Assembly (NCBI GenBank): GCA_012295275.1
Contig: CM022678.1
Location: 19,530,001-19,594,000 of the forward strand
Source of the DNA: Chrysomallon squamiferum
Lineage: Eukaryota > Animalia > Mollusca
DNA length: 64,000 bases
Direction of reading: 5' to 3'
The notes under the pieces were generated by a model that was not told the origin of the DNA, searched no databases, and worked only from the letters and a program-made list of their open reading frames with translations. Shown here piece after piece: positions 58,083 to 64,000 of this stretch (within the stretch, counting starts at the first letter, position 1; every line of letters begins with the position of its first letter). The position numbers were made by a program, and so were the translations under genes.

Positions 58083-59969
58083 ATCTATCAATATGTTCTG
58101 TCTGTTTATCTATTCTAAAACTGTCTATGTCATCTGTCTTTTCTGTTTGTTTATTTTTATCTCTATCCGCACTATCTGTCATCTGTTTCTTTGTTTTATC
58201 TCTCCGCCTATCTGTCTTTAAATTTTGTATGTTTTCTGTCTGTCTGTCTTTCCGTCCGTCTTTAAATAATTAAATCTACCTATCTGTTTCCCTTTTACAT
58301 GATTTTATTTTATTTTATTTTATTTTACTTTATTTTATTTTATTTTATTTTATTTATATTTATTTTTTATTATTTTTTTTTTTACTTGCTAGTATTAAAT
58401 TTTCACTAACGAAAAACATTTACTCTCACCTTGTAACAATATGTTAGTGTCACCATTAGACGTTTATTATCCTTTTTTCAGTTTTTGCGTTCCTCTGAAG
58501 AGGGCACCAAGGGGGATAACTCTTATATTCATACAGAATATATATATATTAAAAACGATTGCGGTTATATCCCCTTTCTGCTCTTCAAATTTAGAAATCC
58601 AAATCACATTTAAATTTTTTTTTTTTTTTTTTTTTAGCTTCATAAAATGTCATTTATGTAATTTCCTTTCTCACATTTCTGTCTAAATTTCAGAAGTAGG
58701 TCGTATATTTTAGATCAACTACTATCCATGGTATTTTTTTAGACACTGTCACCAGCAAAATCTTTTTAGAGTACAATTCACAATTACATTTTATTTTACC
58801 ACAATGCATCTAGTTACCATAAACATTATTCTAAGCTAAATATCACACACATCATGATTCCTAATCTGTACTTTACATGTAACTACGGGTGGTAACTTTT
58901 TGTTAGTTATGTATTACTGTATGTGCAGGTTTTAGTAAAATAGTACTTTCAGTAACGCTGTATGTTCATTTCTATTCACGAACAGGCTTCTAATACTATT
59001 TTCATTTCAGAAGAAAGGAGAAAACTAACCACGTGTAGCTGTAGAAAGTACTGGTTCGTCTGCAGACAATCCATTTTTTAAAACTGAATAACTTACAGGC
59101 TTGCGATTGTTAATAGTTGTTTTTTTTTCTTACAAATTATTTCGGCATTTTACATAATCTATATGTTGACTGACCAAGAATGGCGTACTGCACTTGTATC
59201 GACAACTACCACACACATAACTGAAAACAAATAACATTAAAATAATTATATTCAGCCAATGGGTAGAGGTTTTATTAAGTTTCAGTCAGTAAAATAATCC
59301 ATTGAAAGATCTTATTACATTCTGATAGGTTTGTTTGATTTAATTAGGAAAATATTATTTATGAATTTATTAAATGATAACATTTGTTTGTATCTTCTCA
59401 TTTGTTGTTATTTTTTTTTTTTTTTCCTAGCGATATGCGAGACACAACGCTAAACAGAACTCATTAAACTAAGGGACACAACTCCTACAGAAATGTTTTA
59501 ATGACAGAATTATTTCCCTTGTACTTCGATCTCCTTACTTTGTCTATTGTTTTATTTAATTAATTTATTTATTTTTTTTTTTTTTTTTAAGTTTACAAAA
59601 TATAGGTGTTTGAATTATTTATTTTTCATAAACAGAAGATTTTCGAAAAACACACTGCGGAAATACATACCCGCAAATGACGTCACCGGAAATAACTATT
59701 TTCAGACAGGACAAGATTACCGGAAATAACTTCAGCGGAAGTACAAGTCGGACTTAACGTCATCAAAAATTATCAACAGCAAAAAGCTAAAATACATATA
59801 CTGCAGTTTAAAATAATAAATATGTTCTTATTTGTACTTTTTGTTTTCTTATATTTATATTCGTGTATATAAATACAAATGTATGTGATTAAGGTTAAAT
59901 CTAAAGTTTGTTACGAGACAAAAATTCTGTCATGTGATTTGTTAACATTGTTGAAATGATTTTAAATGA

Positions 59970-59975
59970 AATAAA
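59970..59975 (+). terminator. Candidate distal poly(A) signal for KCNQ (about 2 kb 3' UTR)
   Basis: AATAAA at the end of a largely microsatellite-free stretch, followed by a T-rich downstream element (ttccagtttcatttcttttcggttattttc). Confidence 0.35.
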
Positions 59976-60444
59976 GAATTTACACACTTATTCCAGTTTC
60001 ATTTCTTTTCGGTTATTTTCAGGATTCTTCGTTTTTTTTTTTGTTTTTTTTTTTTTAATTCAATCAGTTGTCCAGGGTTACGTGAAGTCGTGAAATTATT
60101 TTTAACTCAAAAAAAAACAATAATAATAAAATCTAACATTTTATTAGCAAAACTGAATGTTTGCAATCTTCATCAAGTTTTGTCGTATGATTCTATATAT
60201 TTCAAACTATGCCAAAAAAAAAACAACCAAAAAGAACATTGAAATAACACACTAATCATAATTAAAAAATAAATAAAAGTTTTTTAAAAAGTGATTTAAA
60301 AAATAATAATAATAAAACATGTGTGTGCATATATATATATATATAAATACATTTTTATTTTGTTTATATATATATAAACAAAATAAAAATTTCTTTTTAG
60401 CATCTACAGCTAAGCTGTAAGTCAGAACATTCCTTGTTTTGTTG

Positions 60445-60539
60445 TTACACACATTGCACGATGTCATTAAACACCAACATCATCAACGTCAGCAGCAGCA
60501 GTAACTTGTTTACAACAATTACTTCAAGTCGAATCGATC
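60445..60539 (-). CDS. Uncharacterised Cys-rich protein, terminal exon with GPI-signal-like hydrophobic tail (G-SIRLEVIVVNKLLLLLTLMMLVFNDIVQCV*)
   Basis: ttgttgttag|, phase 1, 95 nt to TAA. Small residues SSGS are followed by a spacer and a hydrophobic C-terminus. Confidence 0.75.
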
Positions 60540-60595
60540 CTAACAACAAATAAATAAATAAAATGCTAATACTTAAATAGTCTATCATAATAATA

Positions 60596-60627
<32 letters not shown>

Positions 60628-60889
60628 AATGATAATAATAATAGTAAAATAATAATAAAGTAAGGATAAAGATAATATGATCATCATCATCATCATGATA
60701 ATAATAACAACAACAATAATAATAATAATAAGTATTATAAGTTAAAGATACTGATGATGATAATGAAAGAAAATTAGGTAAAGATTATTTTTCTTCAGAT
60801 GTGTGCAAATTTCTTCTTCTTCTTTATAATCAGGAACGACTATGAATATATGTTCAGGTGTTAACTAAGATGTCAAGGTACAAGTTTAC

Positions 60890-60961
60890 CTGATGATATT
60901 TCAGGTGCACCGGGACAGTGTTTTATCATTTCCTCCAGTTTGCATTTTATTCTGTTTTCAC
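60890..60961 (-). CDS. Uncharacterised Cys-rich protein, module 2 exon c (S-ENRIKCKLEEMIKHCPGAPEISS)
   Basis: gtttttag| ... CAG|gtaaac, 72 nt, phase 1->1. Confidence 0.82.
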
Positions 60962-61350
60962 CTAAAAACACAATTATATAATATAATAATATATATATCT
61001 GTGTGTGTGGGTGTCTGTGTGTGTGTGCGTGCGTGTGCGTGTGCGTGTGTATATTTGATTTTTAGCGCTACATTCAGTTGCGTTTAACAACAACAGGCTA
61101 ATTCATCGTTACATATCCTTGAAATACACCTTTATCAGACATGAAAACATCCAGTATCTTGTCCAGTTATTTATTAATTTTAAGTTGAGTAATATAATCT
61201 AATAAAACTGCCAAATAAATAAATCGATTCTGAAATACGTAATGTTTTGCAAAACATTTTCAGTATATCAACAATTCACAATAAGAAATAAGCGGTCCAT
61301 GCAGGGAATTATTTTATGTTTGTTATCAAATGATAATTCCACATGGCGGC

Positions 61351-61450
<100 letters not shown>

Positions 61451-61472
61451 ATTAACTCTATGATGTACTCAC

Positions 61473-61519
61473 TTATCTTTTCATCTGCATACGCTTTCAC
61501 CTTTTTTCCTACATTGTAG
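61473..61519 (-). CDS. Uncharacterised Cys-rich protein, module 2 exon b (D-YNVGKKVKAYADEKI)
   Basis: tttgcag| ... |gtgagt, 47 nt, phase 2->1. Confidence 0.78.
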
Positions 61520-61814
61520 CTGCAAATCATGTTTGTTCACACAGTTTATTGTTGTCTTAAAAACACTGCAAAAGCCATTAAATTTTTAAATATACATTAT
61601 TTTGTTATATTTTACTTCAGTACATGTTAAATGTTTATATGTGTTTATTTGTAATTGTTTGTTTTTGCATATTTGTATATATGTAGACGTTTGTGTTAAT
61701 TTGCGTGTGTAAATGAATGTATGTATGTATATGTGTGTGTATATGTGTATGTATGAATGTATGTATGTACTGTGTGTGTATGTAGGTATGTATGTATGTG
61801 TGTGTGTGTTTGTA

Positions 61815-61861
<47 letters not shown>

Positions 61862-62394
61862 GTATGTATATATTTGCATGTAGATTTTTGTTGTCAACTT
61901 TTGATGACATCTGGGATAAACTTTCAACATTATAATCACTTTCGTAAGTAGATAGACAACTTTAAAGATTTTAGGATGTGACTTTAGCGATACGACTATG
62001 AGTCATACATATATGCGATGACGTCACAACTTGAATTGTCTAGACGTAAAACCGATGACGTTGAAATTTTTACTGACATTATTTACTTATAATTATTAGG
62101 TCAAAATGAAATAAGACAATACATTACTCTCGCCAGAGGAAAACTCATTTTGTAGAAATAACAAACTGTCTATATTTTGTTTCCCATAGTCCATTTTCTT
62201 TGATACTGGAAGTTACCCATATTGCGTATTACCTAATTTCCGTCAAGATCTAATAGGACCTTAAAATCCACAACGAGGTTTGAAATGAACTTCAACGATT
62301 ACCGAATACAGATCATTCCCAATTGGTATGATGATATTTAAATCCCTGCTGAATGTGTTTTGGATGAAATGAGAAGACATCAAAGTCTACTAAC

Positions 62395-62518
62395 TCGCAT
62401 TTCACAGCTCTACAAGCTACTGATGGATCTTGCAGCTTCCCGAGTCGATCCGAGTGTTTTTGTACAAAAGTACCAAGACATTCGTCAATGTGTTCAGTGT
62501 CAGCTGAGTAACATACTT
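62395..62518 (-). CDS. Uncharacterised Cys-rich protein, module 2 exon a (E-VCYSADTEHIDECLGTFVQKHSDRLGKLQDPSVACRAVKC)
   Basis: tttgacag| ... |gttagt, 124 nt, phase 1->2. Aligns with module 1 exon a (CxSxxxExIxxCxxTFxxxH...CR...C). Confidence 0.8.
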
Positions 62519-63019
62519 CTGTCAAATAAATAAATGTAACTGGTTCATTATAGTAGTCATAGTCATAATAATGACAATAGTAATAAAATGATAATAACAA
62601 TAATGATAATAATAACAACAACAACAATAATAATAATAATGCTAATAATGATAGTAATAATAATAATGATAACAATCTTAATAATAATAATAATAAAATA
62701 ACAATACTGATGATAATGATAATAATAATACAAATGATAATAATGACAACAACAACAATAATACAATTACATGAATACAGTTAACTACAAAAGAAAGATT
62801 AGTAATAACAACAATAACAAACAATAGTAATAATAATAATGATGATAATTAATAATAATAATATTAATAATAATGATAATAATAATAATAACAATAACAA
62901 TAACAATAATAATAATAAAAGATTATGAAAATGACTGTAATCATGATGATGATAATGGTGATACGATGATGTGATGATGGTGGTTAAGACGATGATGACG
63001 ACGACGACGATAATGATGG

Positions 63020-63051
<32 letters not shown>

Positions 63052-63055
63052 ATAC

Positions 63056-63127
63056 CTGTACGCAGTGTGAGAGATGAAGGACAGTGTTCATTAAGTTGTT
63101 CAAGAGTGCAGGGTACGTGAAGTTTTT
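63056..63127 (-). CDS. Uncharacterised Cys-rich protein, module 1 exon c (K-KLHVPCTLEQLNEHCPSSLTLRT)
   Basis: tttacag| ... CAG|gtataa, 72 nt, phase 1->1. Shares the CxLExxxxHCP motif with 60890-60961. Confidence 0.8.
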
Positions 63128-63340
63128 CTGTAAATAAAAATCAATTGCACATTTTAACTGAAACAAACTAGCTATGGTAGATATATATATGTACCTACAT
63201 ACATACATATATACATACATACATATATATATATACATACATACATACATATATCATACATACATACATATATCATACATACATACTGAAAGATGGAGTC
63301 AGAGACAGGGAGAAACAGCACGACAGAAAGAGAGAGAGAA

Positions 63341-63371
<31 letters not shown>

Positions 63372-63382
63372 GAGAGACTTAC

Positions 63383-63429
63383 TCAGTCTATCATTAGTTT
63401 CTTTCTTTAAGTTGAGTCGACAGCTGTCA
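63383..63429 (-). CDS. Uncharacterised Cys-rich protein, module 1 exon b (S-DSCRLNLKKETNDRL)
   Basis: tacag| ... |gtaagt, 47 nt, phase 2->1. Same size and phases as the paralogous exon at 61473-61519. Confidence 0.75.
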
Positions 63430-63489
63430 CTGTACTCTATGCAAATAACAACAATAACAACTACTACTACAACTACTACAACAAAAGCA

Positions 63490-63522
<33 letters not shown>

Positions 63523-63728
63523 GAAAATAAATTATTTATTTATTTATTTACTTGCATACTAATTTATTTATTTAGTGAGTTAGTTAGGTAGGTAGGTAGT
63601 TATTTGTTTGTTTGTTTGTTTTATTTTTAATATTAACTTTATTTTTTTTTATTTGCATAGTTCTACCATACCCTCAATTACGTATTTTATTTATTTACTA
63701 GGTCACGTGACCATTGATAAACAAATAC

Positions 63729-63873
63729 CTGCACTCTATGTCCTTTTTCCGACAGGTATCTGAGCCAATGATTTTAAAAAGTGACGACCTGTGACTTGCA
63801 AGAAAAGTGGAAATGCATTTATTTATCTCCTCATCTTCCACAGAATCGCACGTGCAAAACACGCCTGGAAGTA
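63729..63873 (-). CDS. Uncharacterised Cys-rich surface protein, module 1 exon a (LPGVFCTCDSVEDEEINKCISTFLASHRSSLFKIIGSDTCRKKDIEC)
   Basis: Minus-strand acceptor tttttaaacag| and donor CAG|gtattt, 145 nt, phase 1->2, single open frame. An alternative in-phase acceptor would start the exon at 63864. Confidence 0.8.
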
Positions 63874-63952
63874 CTGTTTAAAAAAAAAAAAAAAATATCA
63901 AATTAAATTTTAACGGGGTCTGAAAAGAACGCCGACTAACAGACTAATGTAT

Positions 63953-64000
<48 letters not shown>

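Noticed and set aside
62313-62394. Read-through of ORF 62313-62675 as the terminal exon of the minus-strand gene
   Set aside because: A phase-2 donor at 62395 and three downstream exons that mirror module 1 (47 nt, 72 nt, then a GPI-like tail) give a much better model. Intron retention giving a secreted form cannot be excluded.
63050-63157. Phase-0 reading LKCAIDFYLQKNFTYPALLNNLMNTVLHLSHCVQ of the 63056 exon
   Set aside because: It is incompatible with the phases of the flanking exons, and the phase-1 frame reproduces the CxLExxxxHCP motif.
63383-63728. Alternative all-phase-1 model using a donor at 63712 and an acceptor at 63436
   Set aside because: It needs a weak donor (G|GTCACG). The CAG|GTATTT donor with a 47-nt exon matches the paralogous cassette exactly.

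Overview
This is AT-rich, microsatellite-dense animal genomic DNA. It looks like a lophotrochozoan or mollusc, but the species cannot be determined from the sequence. Almost all ORFs in the supplied track are simple-repeat artefacts. Two real spliced genes were reconstructed by hand. (1) A + strand KCNQ (Kv7) voltage-gated K+ channel gene has 11 phase-consistent GT-AG coding exons from S1 (30346) to the stop (57923), plus an optional 18-nt microexon. No canonical KCNQ exon 1 is visible; two candidate divergent first exons lie at 743-837 and 3073-3321. The channel has several unusual substitutions at conserved gating positions: S4 R1->S, charge-transfer F->I and S6 hinge G->C. Its S3-S4 exon acceptor has been tandemly amplified to five copies. 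(2) A convergent - strand gene (60445-63873, 5' end outside the window) is not captured as a gene by the ORF track. It encodes a probable GPI-anchored surface protein built from two 6-cysteine modules, each encoded by a three-exon cassette (145/47/72 and 124/47/72 nt). The introns also hold a pogo/Tigger-like MITE, several minisatellites, an old degenerate satellite and many TGACGTCA palindromes.
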